Positions 10,964 to 19,001 of a stretch of DNA of 64,000 nt are shown piece after piece. Numbering within the stretch: position 1 is the first letter of the stretch; every line of letters begins with the position of its first letter. Location: positions 508 through 64,507 of the forward strand of contig JBBDHV010000059.1 of assembly GCA_040880725.1 (NCBI GenBank), in the 5' to 3' direction. The DNA is from Acidimicrobiia bacterium. Lineage in GTDB: Bacteria > Actinomycetota > Acidimicrobiia > Spongiisociales > ZC4RG35. The notes under the pieces are model-generated. The model worked only from the letters and a program-made list of their open reading frames with translations, had not been told where the DNA came from and made no database searches. A program made the translations under genes and the position numbers.

Positions 10964-11021
10964 CGCCCCGCGTACCCTGGGTTCGCCAGGCCCTCTGGGT
11001 GCCCTGAGAGCCCACGGTTCG
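10964..11021. repeat. Left 58-bp arm of an inverted-repeat-bounded 335-bp intergenic element (member of the GAACCC-N-GGGTTC repeat family)
   Basis: 49 of 58 positions match the reverse complement of 11241-11298 by hand alignment, including 21 consecutive matches at the outer end. Starts 11 nt after the cdd stop. Confidence 0.8.
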
Positions 11022-11240
11022 GATAATTCGGGCTCGGTGCCGGCACTTCTCCGCAAAACATCTCGTCGATCGCATTCCATCGTGCTCAGGGCTTCGACGT
11101 CGAGCAAAGTCCGGATTCAGATGCCGACCCGTCCGTGTTCCCCAATCACGACGGCCCGGGTCAGGCGCGAGTGTGCTTTGTGTGCGCGGCCTTTGAGGCT
11201 GGCTCCACCACCTCGTGGTCCGTTTCAGTGTGATTTCGAA

Positions 11241-11298
11241 CGAACCGTGGGCTCTCGGGGCCCTCTGGGTGCCCCGGGAACCCAGGGTACGCGGGGCG
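11241..11298. repeat. Right 58-bp arm of the same element
   Basis: Reverse complement matches 10964-11021. Ends 1 nt before the etfA stop codon. The internal 11-mer CCCTCTGGGTG is in the same absolute orientation in both arms. Confidence 0.8.
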
Positions 11299-11299
11299 G

Positions 11300-12247
11300 T
11301 TACGCGTTTTTGAGGGCTTCGGCGAGTTTGGGGAGGACGTTGTTGATGTCGCCGACGATTCCGAGGTCGGCGACCGAGAAGATCGGTGCCTCGGGGTCTT
11401 TGTTGATGGCGATGATCGTCTTGGAGTCCTTCATCCCCACGAGGTGCTGCATCGCACCGGAGATGCCGGCGGCGATGTAGACATCCGGCTTGACCGTCTT
11501 GCCGGTCTGGCCGACCTGCTTGGCGTACGGCACCCAGCCGGCGTCGACGATCGCTCGGGTGGCACCGGTGGCCGCCTTCAGCGGCTTGGCGACGGCTTCG
11601 ACGAGCGAGTAGTTCTCGGCCGAGCCGAGTCCGCGACCACCGGAGACGATGATGGCCGCGTCTTCGAGCTGCGGACCTTCCTTCTCCTCGACGTGGGTGC
11701 CTGTGACTTTCGCGGAAGACGATCCGACATCCGGAAGGTCGACTGCGGTCACCGACGGGGTCGGCCCGCCCGCGGAGGCAGCTTCGAAAGACTTGGGTCG
11801 GGCGATCACCATGTACGGGCGTTCCCCGGTGATGGTGGAGGTGGCGAGTTGGGTGCCACCGAAGATCTCGTGGGTGACGCTCAGTCCATCCCCCAGGCTG
11901 ACATCGATGGCGTTCGAGAGGACGGTGCGGCCGATTCTGGCGGCCAGTCGGCCGGCGACGTCACGATCGTCGTATGCCTGACCGAACAGGATGAGATCGG
12001 GCCCGTGCTCGGTGACCAGTGCGGCGACGGCAGCCGACACCGGACTCGAGACGAGGGCGTCGCCAGGGGAGAAGTGGAAGATGGCCGAAGCGCCGTACTC
12101 GCCGACAGTGGCGAAGGCTTCGTCGGATCCGTCGCCCACGTAGAGCGCGGTCACGTCTCCGAGGTCGCGTGCTTTCGTGAGGAGTTCGAGGCCGAGCGTG
12201 GACGGCGTCCCGTCCTGTTCTTGGATGAAGACCCAGACGTTCGCCAT
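11300..12247 (-). CDS. etfA: Electron transfer flavoprotein subunit alpha
   Basis: 315 aa. C-terminal FAD-binding segment [29 protein letters not shown]. Directly follows etfB. Confidence 0.9.
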   Translation of the reverse strand: MANVWVFIQEQDGTPSTLGLELLTKARDLGDVTALYVGDGSDEAFATVGEYGASAIFHFSPGDALVSSPVSAAVAALVTEHGPDLILFGQAYDDRDVAGRLAARIGRTVLSNAIDVSLGDGLSVTHEIFGGTQLATSTITGERPYMVIARPKSFEAASAGGPTPSVTAVDLPDVGSSSAKVTGTHVEEKEGPQLEDAAIIVSGGRGLGSAENYSLVEAVAKPLKAATGATRAIVDAGWVPYAKQVGQTGKTVKPDVYIAAGISGAMQHLVGMKDSKTIIAINKDPEAPIFSVADLGIVGDINNVLPKLAEALKNA

Positions 12248-13006
12248 TCAGATCACCTTCAATTCGCGCAGTTTGGCGACGATTGCGAGATGGGCCTCGC
12301 CGTCGTCTTCGATCACCGTTCCGGCAGAACGCTCGGGGGCGGGTGTGATCTCGGTGACCTTCTGGTCGATGGAGGCATCGACCCCGAGGTCTGCAACCGT
12401 GACCGTGTCGACCTGCTTCTTCTTGGCGTCCATGATTCCCTTGAACGTCGGATACCGCGGTTCGACGACTCCGGCAGTCACAGACACCACCGCGGGCAGC
12501 GCCGTTTCGACGGTGTCGTATCCGGATGCTGTCTGGCGGTGGATGGTGACGCCGTCGCCGATCTCGACGGATGTGGCGTAGGTCAAGGCGGGGACGTCGA
12601 GGAGTTCGGCGACCATTTGTGGAACGACGCCCGAGTACCCGTCGGTGGATTCGGTTCCGGCGATGACGAGGTCGAAGCCTTCGCGCCGGATGGCAGCAGC
12701 AAGCACCCGGGCGGTCGTCAGGGCGTCGGAGCCGCGTAGGGCGGTGTCGTCGACGACGACTGCCTTGTCCGCTCCCATCGCCAGCGCCTGGCGAATGCCC
12801 TGCATGTTGCCTGTCGGGCCCATGCTGACGAGGGTCACCGTGCTGTCGTCGCTCTGCTGAGCGAGTTGCAGACCCATTTCGACCCCGTAGCGGTCCGTGT
12901 CGTCGAGTACCTGCTCGGCGGGCCGAACCAGCCAATGGCTGTCCGGCTCCAGGGTGTACTCGCTCGCCGGATCGGGGATCTGCTTGACGCAGACGACCAC
13001 CTTCAT
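12248..13006 (-). CDS. etfB: Electron transfer flavoprotein subunit beta
   Basis: 252 aa. Starts MKVVVCVKQIPD, typical of EtfB. Adjacent to etfA. Confidence 0.9.
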   Translation of the reverse strand: MKVVVCVKQIPDPASEYTLEPDSHWLVRPAEQVLDDTDRYGVEMGLQLAQQSDDSTVTLVSMGPTGNMQGIRQALAMGADKAVVVDDTALRGSDALTTARVLAAAIRREGFDLVIAGTESTDGYSGVVPQMVAELLDVPALTYATSVEIGDGVTIHRQTASGYDTVETALPAVVSVTAGVVEPRYPTFKGIMDAKKKQVDTVTVADLGVDASIDQKVTEITPAPERSAGTVIEDDGEAHLAIVAKLRELKVI

Positions 13007-13074
13007 CGGCTGTCTCCTTGATCGTGAATGCGGACGTCGGACGATACCGACCGTGCGTTCGGTATTCCGAATCG

Positions 13075-14385
13075 TCAGTCTTCGGGCGTGATCCGGCCGA
13101 GGAGAAGCGGTGCCGGGTCGGCGGCATCGCCGACCTCGAAAGCCCCCTCCAACACCCTGAGCGCCTCTTGCAGTCGGGCAGGGTGGCGGTAGTGGAGCGT
13201 GGCGAGGGGTTCGCCCGCTTCGACGCGGTCACCGGGCTTCGCTTCGATCGTGATCCCGACGCCGGGGTCGATCGTGTCCTCCGTGCGCTCCCGGCCTGCA
13301 CCGAGGCGCATCGCCGCGATCCCGATCCTGCGGGCATGGCACAGTATGACGACTCCGTCTCTCGACGCATCGACGGTGGCCTTCCGGTCTGCCGTGGGAA
13401 GGAGCGAGCGGTCTTCGACCACGCGAGGATTGCCGTCCTGGGCTGCGATCACGTCGGCGAAACGCTCCATGGCTGCTCCCGAGCTGATCGCGCGGGTCAT
13501 CTGATCGCGAGCGTCCGCATCGTCGCCGGCGACGCCGGCGGCCCGCAGCATCTCGCTGCCGAGGGCCATGGTCACTTCCACGAGGTCCGCAGGGCCCTCG
13601 CCTGCGAGCACATCGAGAGATTCACGTATCTCCGAGGCGTTCCCGACCTCCCGGCCGAGCGGCGCGTCCATCGCGGTGAGCACGGCGATGGTTCGTACGC
13701 CGTGGCGAGTGCCGATTCCGACCATGGTCGCCGCCAGGCGGCGGGCATTCGCGAGATCCTCCATGAAGGCGCCGACCCCCACCTTGACGTCGAGGACCAA
13801 CGCGTCGAGGCCCTCGGCGAGCTTCTTCGACATGATCGAGCTCGAAATGAGCGGGATGGAGGGCACGGTTCCACTGGCATCCCGCAGGGCGTAGAGCTTG
13901 CGATCGGCCGGCACGAGAGTGTCGGACTGCCCCGCCAGGACAAGGCCATGATGTTCGAGTACGTCGGTGAACTCCGACGGTGACAGTTGGGTGCGGAAGC
14001 CGGGGATCGACTCGAGCTTGTCGAGGGTGCCGCCGGTGTGGCCGAGCCCTCGGCCGGACATCATCGGAATCGCCACCCCGCAAGCTGCGACGATTGGCGC
14101 AAGCGGTATCGAGACCTTGTCGCCCACGCCTCCCGTCGAGTGTTTGTCCACCTTGGGCGCTGCGATGTGGGAGAAGTCGAGGATTTCGCCTGAATGCATC
14201 ATTGCGGAGGTCCACGCCGCCAGTTCGGCTGCTTCGAGGCCACGAATGAATACCGCCATCGCCATCGCAGCCATCTGGTAGTCGGTCACGCTCCCGGACG
14301 TGTACGCCTTGATCAGCCACGAGATTTGTTCGTCGGAGAGCGTTCCGCCGTCGCGCTTGGTCTCGATGAGCTCGACGACGTTCAT
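13075..14385 (-). CDS. deoA: Thymidine / pyrimidine-nucleoside phosphorylase
   Basis: 436 aa. HSTGGVGDK and SGRGLGHTGGTLDKLE motifs. ATG overlaps the deoB stop (ATGA). Confidence 0.9.
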   Translation of the reverse strand: MNVVELIETKRDGGTLSDEQISWLIKAYTSGSVTDYQMAAMAMAVFIRGLEAAELAAWTSAMMHSGEILDFSHIAAPKVDKHSTGGVGDKVSIPLAPIVAACGVAIPMMSGRGLGHTGGTLDKLESIPGFRTQLSPSEFTDVLEHHGLVLAGQSDTLVPADRKLYALRDASGTVPSIPLISSSIMSKKLAEGLDALVLDVKVGVGAFMEDLANARRLAATMVGIGTRHGVRTIAVLTAMDAPLGREVGNASEIRESLDVLAGEGPADLVEVTMALGSEMLRAAGVAGDDADARDQMTRAISSGAAMERFADVIAAQDGNPRVVEDRSLLPTADRKATVDASRDGVVILCHARRIGIAAMRLGAGRERTEDTIDPGVGITIEAKPGDRVEAGEPLATLHYRHPARLQEALRVLEGAFEVGDAADPAPLLLGRITPED

Positions 14386-15557
14386 GTGATCTCATCCAGG
14401 AACGAGACTCCACGTGCCGGAGCGGCGAGCGACATGCCCTCGGCGATGGTGGCGGCGACGTCGCAGTACTGGTCGCGGTCCCCGAGGGCCACCCCTGCAG
14501 CCTGCATGCCGGCGACCAGCAGCGGAACGTACTCGCGGGTGTGGTCGGTGGAGCCGTCGGTGGGGTCGTTGCCGTGGTCGGCAGTGATGAACATGAGGTC
14601 GTCGTCGCCGAGTCCGGCGACGAGCGCGGGGACGAAGGAATCGATCAGCCTGAGCCCCGTGTGATACCCCTCCGGGTTCTCACGGTGACCGTAGGTCATG
14701 TCGAGGTCGACCAGATTCGTGAAGATGATTCCGGGTTCGGTGCGCTCGCGTACGGCCTGAACGGTGTGTTCGAGGCCGTCGCGGTCGCCCTCGGTATGCA
14801 CCGCGGCGGTGAGTCCGACGCCTGCGAACAGATCCTGGATCTTTCCGATGCCGAACACCTGGCGGCCCGAGTCCTTGACGTGATCGAGAATCGTGGGGGA
14901 GTGGGGAGGCATCGCGAAGTCCTGGCGGTCGTACGTCCGTTGGAACGCGCCCGGCTCGCCCACGAAGGGACGGGCGATGACGCGGCCGATCTGCCACTCG
15001 TCGCAGTGAGCGCGGGCGATCCGGCAGATCTCGTAGAGGCGCTCGATCCCGATCACGTCATCGTGTGCTGCGATCTGGAAGACCGAGTCGGCGCTGGTGT
15101 AGAGAATCGGCTTGCCGGTCTCGAGATGCTCGGGTCCGAGCCGCTCGATGATCTCGGTGCCCGACGCGGCGACGTTGCCGATGAACTCCACACCGGCGTC
15201 GGCTTCCACCGCCGCTACCAACTCGTCGGGAAATCCGGTATCGGTGAAGGTGCGGTGGCCTGTCTCGGTGACGATGCCGGCGATCTCCCAGTGGCCGGTC
15301 GTCGAGTCCTTGCCTTCCGAAGCTTCGGCGAGTCGTCCGTAGGCCATGGTCGGCGACGACACGACAGGAACGCCGAGCAGGGACCCGTGCAGATTCCCGA
15401 GGCCGGCTGCAGTGAGATTCGGCAGGTCGAGACCACCGACCGCAGTGGCGGTATGGCCGAGGGTGTCGGATCCCTCGTCTCCGTATTCGGCTGCGTCCGG
15501 TGCCTCCCCGGCCCCACACGAGTCCATCACCACGATGATTGCCCTGCGAATGTTCAT
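14382..15557 (-). CDS. deoB: Phosphopentomutase
   Basis: Starts MNIRRAIIVVMDSCGAG; metal-site motif TADHGNDPT near the C-terminus. The upstream part of the track ORF (to 15674) is a shadow over the atl gene. Confidence 0.9.
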   Translation of the reverse strand: MNIRRAIIVVMDSCGAGEAPDAAEYGDEGSDTLGHTATAVGGLDLPNLTAAGLGNLHGSLLGVPVVSSPTMAYGRLAEASEGKDSTTGHWEIAGIVTETGHRTFTDTGFPDELVAAVEADAGVEFIGNVAASGTEIIERLGPEHLETGKPILYTSADSVFQIAAHDDVIGIERLYEICRIARAHCDEWQIGRVIARPFVGEPGAFQRTYDRQDFAMPPHSPTILDHVKDSGRQVFGIGKIQDLFAGVGLTAAVHTEGDRDGLEHTVQAVRERTEPGIIFTNLVDLDMTYGHRENPEGYHTGLRLIDSFVPALVAGLGDDDLMFITADHGNDPTDGSTDHTREYVPLLVAGMQAAGVALGDRDQYCDVAATIAEGMSLAAPARGVSFLDEIT

Positions 15558-15829
15558 GATCCGAGTATGGCCCGTCCATGGCGAATGGAGACACCCTCGG
15601 TGGCCAGGAGCTGTCCCTGGCGCGTCGTGTCTGGTGCCCGGAGGCGGCCATCCCATCCCACCACGCGCCACCACGGGCAGTCTTCTGCGGTGGTTGCGAG
15701 GAGTGTCCCGACCGCCCGCGCGGCCCGGGGAAAGCCGGCTTCGTCTGCCACCTCGCCGTAGGACAGGAAACGGCCGGGTGGGATCGAGCGGATCACTTCG
15801 AGGACGGCATCCTCGAAGTCTGCCATCAC
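15554..15829 (-). CDS. Alkyltransferase-like (ATL) MGMT-family DNA-binding protein lacking the acceptor cysteine
   Basis: 91 aa. MGMT C-terminal domain pattern IPPGRFLSYGEVA..GFPRAARAVG, but the PCHRV active site reads PWWRV. Start and stop overlap upp and deoB by 4 nt each. Confidence 0.8.
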   Translation of the reverse strand: MMADFEDAVLEVIRSIPPGRFLSYGEVADEAGFPRAARAVGTLLATTAEDCPWWRVVGWDGRLRAPDTTRQGQLLATEGVSIRHGRAILGS

Positions 15830-16440
15830 GTTCCGAACAGCCGGTCGCCCATGTCGCCGAGACCGGGACGGATGTAGAACTGCTCGCTCAGGTCCCGGTC
15901 GAGTGCAGCAGCGACGATCCGCACATCGGGATGGGCGTCTCCCATGTGGGCGACGCCCTCAGGTGCGGCGACGACACAGACCGCGGTGATGTCGGTGGCG
16001 CCATGTTCCTTCACCTTGTTCACGGCCCATGCGAGCGACCCGCCCGTCGCAAGCATCGGCTCCAGTATCAGCACTCGCGCATCGTCCATGGGCGGGAACT
16101 TGGCGTAGTACTCCATCGGCTGCGCGGTCTCTTCGTTGCGCTGCACGCCGGCATAGCCGATGAGCGCTTCCGGCAGCATGTCGAGAGCGGCATCGAGGAG
16201 GCCCAAACCGGCTCGGAAGACCGCGACACAGACCACCGGGCGCGCGAGGCGCCCGCTCGTCGTTCTCTCGAGCGGCGTGTCGACCTCGACGTCGACGAGT
16301 CCGAGGTCGGCGGTCGCTTCGGCGACGAGCAGATACGCCAGCCTCCGGGCTGATGCACGGAAGCGAGGCGTATCGGTGTCGACCGAACGCAGATCCGTCA
16401 GATAGTGCTGGGCGAGGGGGTGGGAGACGGCCGTGAACAC
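15826..16440 (-). CDS. upp: Uracil phosphoribosyltransferase
   Basis: 204 aa. PRPP-binding loop ILEPMLATGGS and C-terminal GLGDMGDRLFGT. Confidence 0.92.
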   Translation of the reverse strand: MFTAVSHPLAQHYLTDLRSVDTDTPRFRASARRLAYLLVAEATADLGLVDVEVDTPLERTTSGRLARPVVCVAVFRAGLGLLDAALDMLPEALIGYAGVQRNEETAQPMEYYAKFPPMDDARVLILEPMLATGGSLAWAVNKVKEHGATDITAVCVVAAPEGVAHMGDAHPDVRIVAAALDRDLSEQFYIRPGLGDMGDRLFGT

Positions 16441-16486
16441 GTCGGCGAGGCTAGCGAAGACACGCCGGCGCTGGGTTCGGTTCGCA

Positions 16487-17464
16487 TCACAGGATCGCGC
16501 CCGTCAGGAAACCGAGTGCGGTGGCGCCCACGAGTCCGACGGCCAGGTAGTAGACGAACACGTCTCGGCGCACGAGGGAGCGGACGGCGAGCATCGCCGG
16601 GATGGTGGTCACCGGCCCTGCGAGGAGGAAAGCGATGGCCGCGCCCGCGCTCATCCCCTGGCCGAGCAGACCCGAAACGATCGGGAGGGCGGTGAAGTTT
16701 GAGACGTAGAGGGGCACGCCGATCACGGCCGCCAGCGGCACCGACCACGCGTTCGCGCCGCCGAGTGTTGCGGCGATCGCCTCTTGGGGGACGGTTTCGA
16801 GGATCACGCCCTCGAGCGCGAATGCAACGAGGAGCCAGCGCCCCAGCATCCAGGACTCCCGTCCGATCTCGCGGACCAATGACCTGATGTCGAGACTCGC
16901 CACCCGGGTGCGAATCGTCGCTCGCGGTGGGGTGATGACGGCGACACCGCCACGCTCGGGGTTGGTAGACGGGCACGCGCCCTCGTCCGAGCCGCAGGCC
17001 GCGTCTGGTTGCCGCAGAAGCGGGTTCTGGAAGCTTCCCCGGCGGCTCAGCACGTGTACGCCCACTCCTGCTGCGGTGCTGAGCACCAGGGTCGCGACGA
17101 GGCGGACGGTCGCCAGTTCCCAACCGAGCATCGAGACGGTGAACGTGAAGATCTCGGGATCCATCGTGGGCGATGCCACCCAGAACGACATCACCGGTGC
17201 GAGCGGAATTCCCGCGGTGAGCAGGCCGGCAACGACCGGGACCACCGTGCACGAACAGAACGGAGCGAAGGCTCCGATCGCCACGGCGAGGAGGATCGCG
17301 GGGATCGGTCGACGTCGAAACGCCGCCCGCATCCCGTCGGCGAGTCGGAGGGTCCGGACCACGACACCGAGTCCGATGCTCAAGAAGAACCACGGCGCGA
17401 TCGCCAGGGCGTTGAACGCCACGAACTCCAGCAATTCCAATGGCACGGTGTGCTCCCAACACAT
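16487..17464 (-). CDS. Integral membrane permease, ArsP/DUF318-like
   Basis: Polytopic membrane protein with the family-typical FAPFCSCTVVP motif. I place the start at ATG 17464 because the 15 codons upstream (to 17509) have G/C in only 6 of 15 third positions. Confidence 0.7.
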   Translation of the reverse strand: MCWEHTVPLELLEFVAFNALAIAPWFFLSIGLGVVVRTLRLADGMRAAFRRRPIPAILLAVAIGAFAPFCSCTVVPVVAGLLTAGIPLAPVMSFWVASPTMDPEIFTFTVSMLGWELATVRLVATLVLSTAAGVGVHVLSRRGSFQNPLLRQPDAACGSDEGACPSTNPERGGVAVITPPRATIRTRVASLDIRSLVREIGRESWMLGRWLLVAFALEGVILETVPQEAIAATLGGANAWSVPLAAVIGVPLYVSNFTALPIVSGLLGQGMSAGAAIAFLLAGPVTTIPAMLAVRSLVRRDVFVYYLAVGLVGATALGFLTGAIL

Positions 17465-17511
17465 ATCGAGGAGGATCACATATCGAGGATGATCGATACA
17501 TCGAAGCATAT
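17461..17511. promoter_or_regulatory. AT-rich 17-bp tandem direct repeat (two near-identical copies plus one degenerate) at the permease start
   Basis: ACATATCGAGGAGGATC (17461-17477) and ACATATCGAGGATGATC (17478-17494) are 16/17 identical. A degenerate third unit spans 17495-17511. This is the lowest-GC patch in the area. Confidence 0.5.
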
Positions 17512-17595
17512 CAATAGATAGACGCGTGTCAATGCGTGGACGCGATTCGTGTGTGGGCGATCCCGTGGACCTGACGACGGGGTCGTTGTCTGCGT

Positions 17596-18948
17596 TCAGC
17601 TCGACCAGAGCAGCGTCGCCGGATGGAACTGGCTCCAGGCGAACCAGAACGCCTGGTGAGATGGCAACACCTCACCGCCCGACCGGGCTCGGAGACCGCC
17701 CCCGTCGGCCACGATCGTGACTCCGGCCAGGGTGACTGCCTCGCCGGCGGCGATTGCCGCTTTGGCGGTCTCGACAGGGAATGCCACTGCGGTTCCGTCC
17801 GAGAGAACGACTCCCAAGATTTGGGACTGGGTGGGAAGCCGGAGGTCGCGATCGCCGATCGGGAAAATCGGGCCGTTGTCATCGCGGCCACCCAGCGGGA
17901 CGAGATCGTAGGAGCGGCCGATCCCGCCGTCGGCCGCCACGATCGTCGTCTCGGGATGGGCAGCCTTCCACTCACCCCACGACGATGTGACGACCCCCGC
18001 CTGTTCGAGGACGACGCCGGCAGTGAACATCGGGCCCGACACAGCAGCTCCGGTGAAGGTGTCGAAGACCGACAGGCTCGCAAGGTCGTACATCACCTTG
18101 TTCGACCGTGACAGGAGCCCCGAGGTGCGCAGCACCGGGGCGGGAAAGCCCGCGACATTGTCAGTGAAGAACACCTGGGCCGAGGCACAGAGCGTGCAAT
18201 AGGGCATCCCGAAGCGACGTTCGCCGAGCGTGTCGTTGACCATCTCGTGGACTTCCATGATGTGCTTCGGGTACGCCCGGGCCTCGCCACTGATCGTGAC
18301 CCCGAACACGATGCCGTCGTCGGGATACCAGGCACCGGCGGCGGCGTTGGTCACCTCCGGGTCATCGAGCGCGGGGATACAGCCACGAGGGCACGGGTCG
18401 GGGTCACCGGCAGGCCGGTCGTCGATGAGCACACCGCCCCAGGACAAATATCTGAGCTCGAGGTCGTTCGGTTCGGCAAACACGAAGTCCCAGCGTTCGT
18501 CGACCGCAGTGAAGAGACGCCGCTTGTAGTCGAGGTAGCCGGGAGGTGCCGGGGTGTCCCAGGCGATCAGATGGTCGGTGACCGAGACCCACATGCCGAA
18601 ACTCGAGAACTCGACTCCGGTCAGGGAGAGGAGTGCCTCCTGAGCTGCGTCGAGGAGATCGCCCGCACCGGCGAAGCGAAGGAGATCGGCGATGAGCCAG
18701 GAAATCCGTGCGTCGTCGGATTCGCCGAGGGCGCGAACGCCATCCGCGGTCACCGCATCGGGCAGCCCTGACCATATGTCGTCGAGGAGTGCGGTGGTGG
18801 CATCATCGAGCGGTCCCTCCGGTGACACCGGAGCGGGGGGAAACGGGAGCGTGGGCGGGGGAGTGGCCGACGTCGTCGTCTCCGCGTTCCGTGGCGCACA
18901 GGCCACCACCACGATGCCGATGGCGATGAGAATGGGGAGCCGACTCAT
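17596..18948 (-). CDS. DUF3179-family lipoprotein
   Basis: Lipobox LIAIGIVVVAC. Family-like motifs CIPALDDPE, ARAYPKHIMEVHEMVND and PYCTLCAS. Confidence 0.75.
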   Translation of the reverse strand: MSRLPILIAIGIVVVACAPRNAETTTSATPPPTLPFPPAPVSPEGPLDDATTALLDDIWSGLPDAVTADGVRALGESDDARISWLIADLLRFAGAGDLLDAAQEALLSLTGVEFSSFGMWVSVTDHLIAWDTPAPPGYLDYKRRLFTAVDERWDFVFAEPNDLELRYLSWGGVLIDDRPAGDPDPCPRGCIPALDDPEVTNAAAGAWYPDDGIVFGVTISGEARAYPKHIMEVHEMVNDTLGERRFGMPYCTLCASAQVFFTDNVAGFPAPVLRTSGLLSRSNKVMYDLASLSVFDTFTGAAVSGPMFTAGVVLEQAGVVTSSWGEWKAAHPETTIVAADGGIGRSYDLVPLGGRDDNGPIFPIGDRDLRLPTQSQILGVVLSDGTAVAFPVETAKAAIAAGEAVTLAGVTIVADGGGLRARSGGEVLPSHQAFWFAWSQFHPATLLWSS

Positions 18949-19001
18949 TCGTAGGATCCTGGCGGACCGCTGCGGTGCTGTCAGCGTCTGGCCGGTCGAG
19001 T

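Noticed and set aside
10823-11480. ORFs 10823..11107 (-) and 11037..11480 (+) inside the inverted-repeat-bounded element
   Set aside because: Both run into and overlap the well-supported cdd or etfA coding regions in other frames, and both are partly encoded by repeat sequence. There are no motifs and no ribosome-binding sites.
17465-17509. 15-codon N-terminal extension of the permease ORF (MLRCIDHPRYVILLD)
   Set aside because: G/C occurs in only 6 of 15 third positions in a genome where coding regions are strongly GC3-biased, and the stretch consists of the 17-bp tandem repeat. I interpret it as upstream regulatory DNA.
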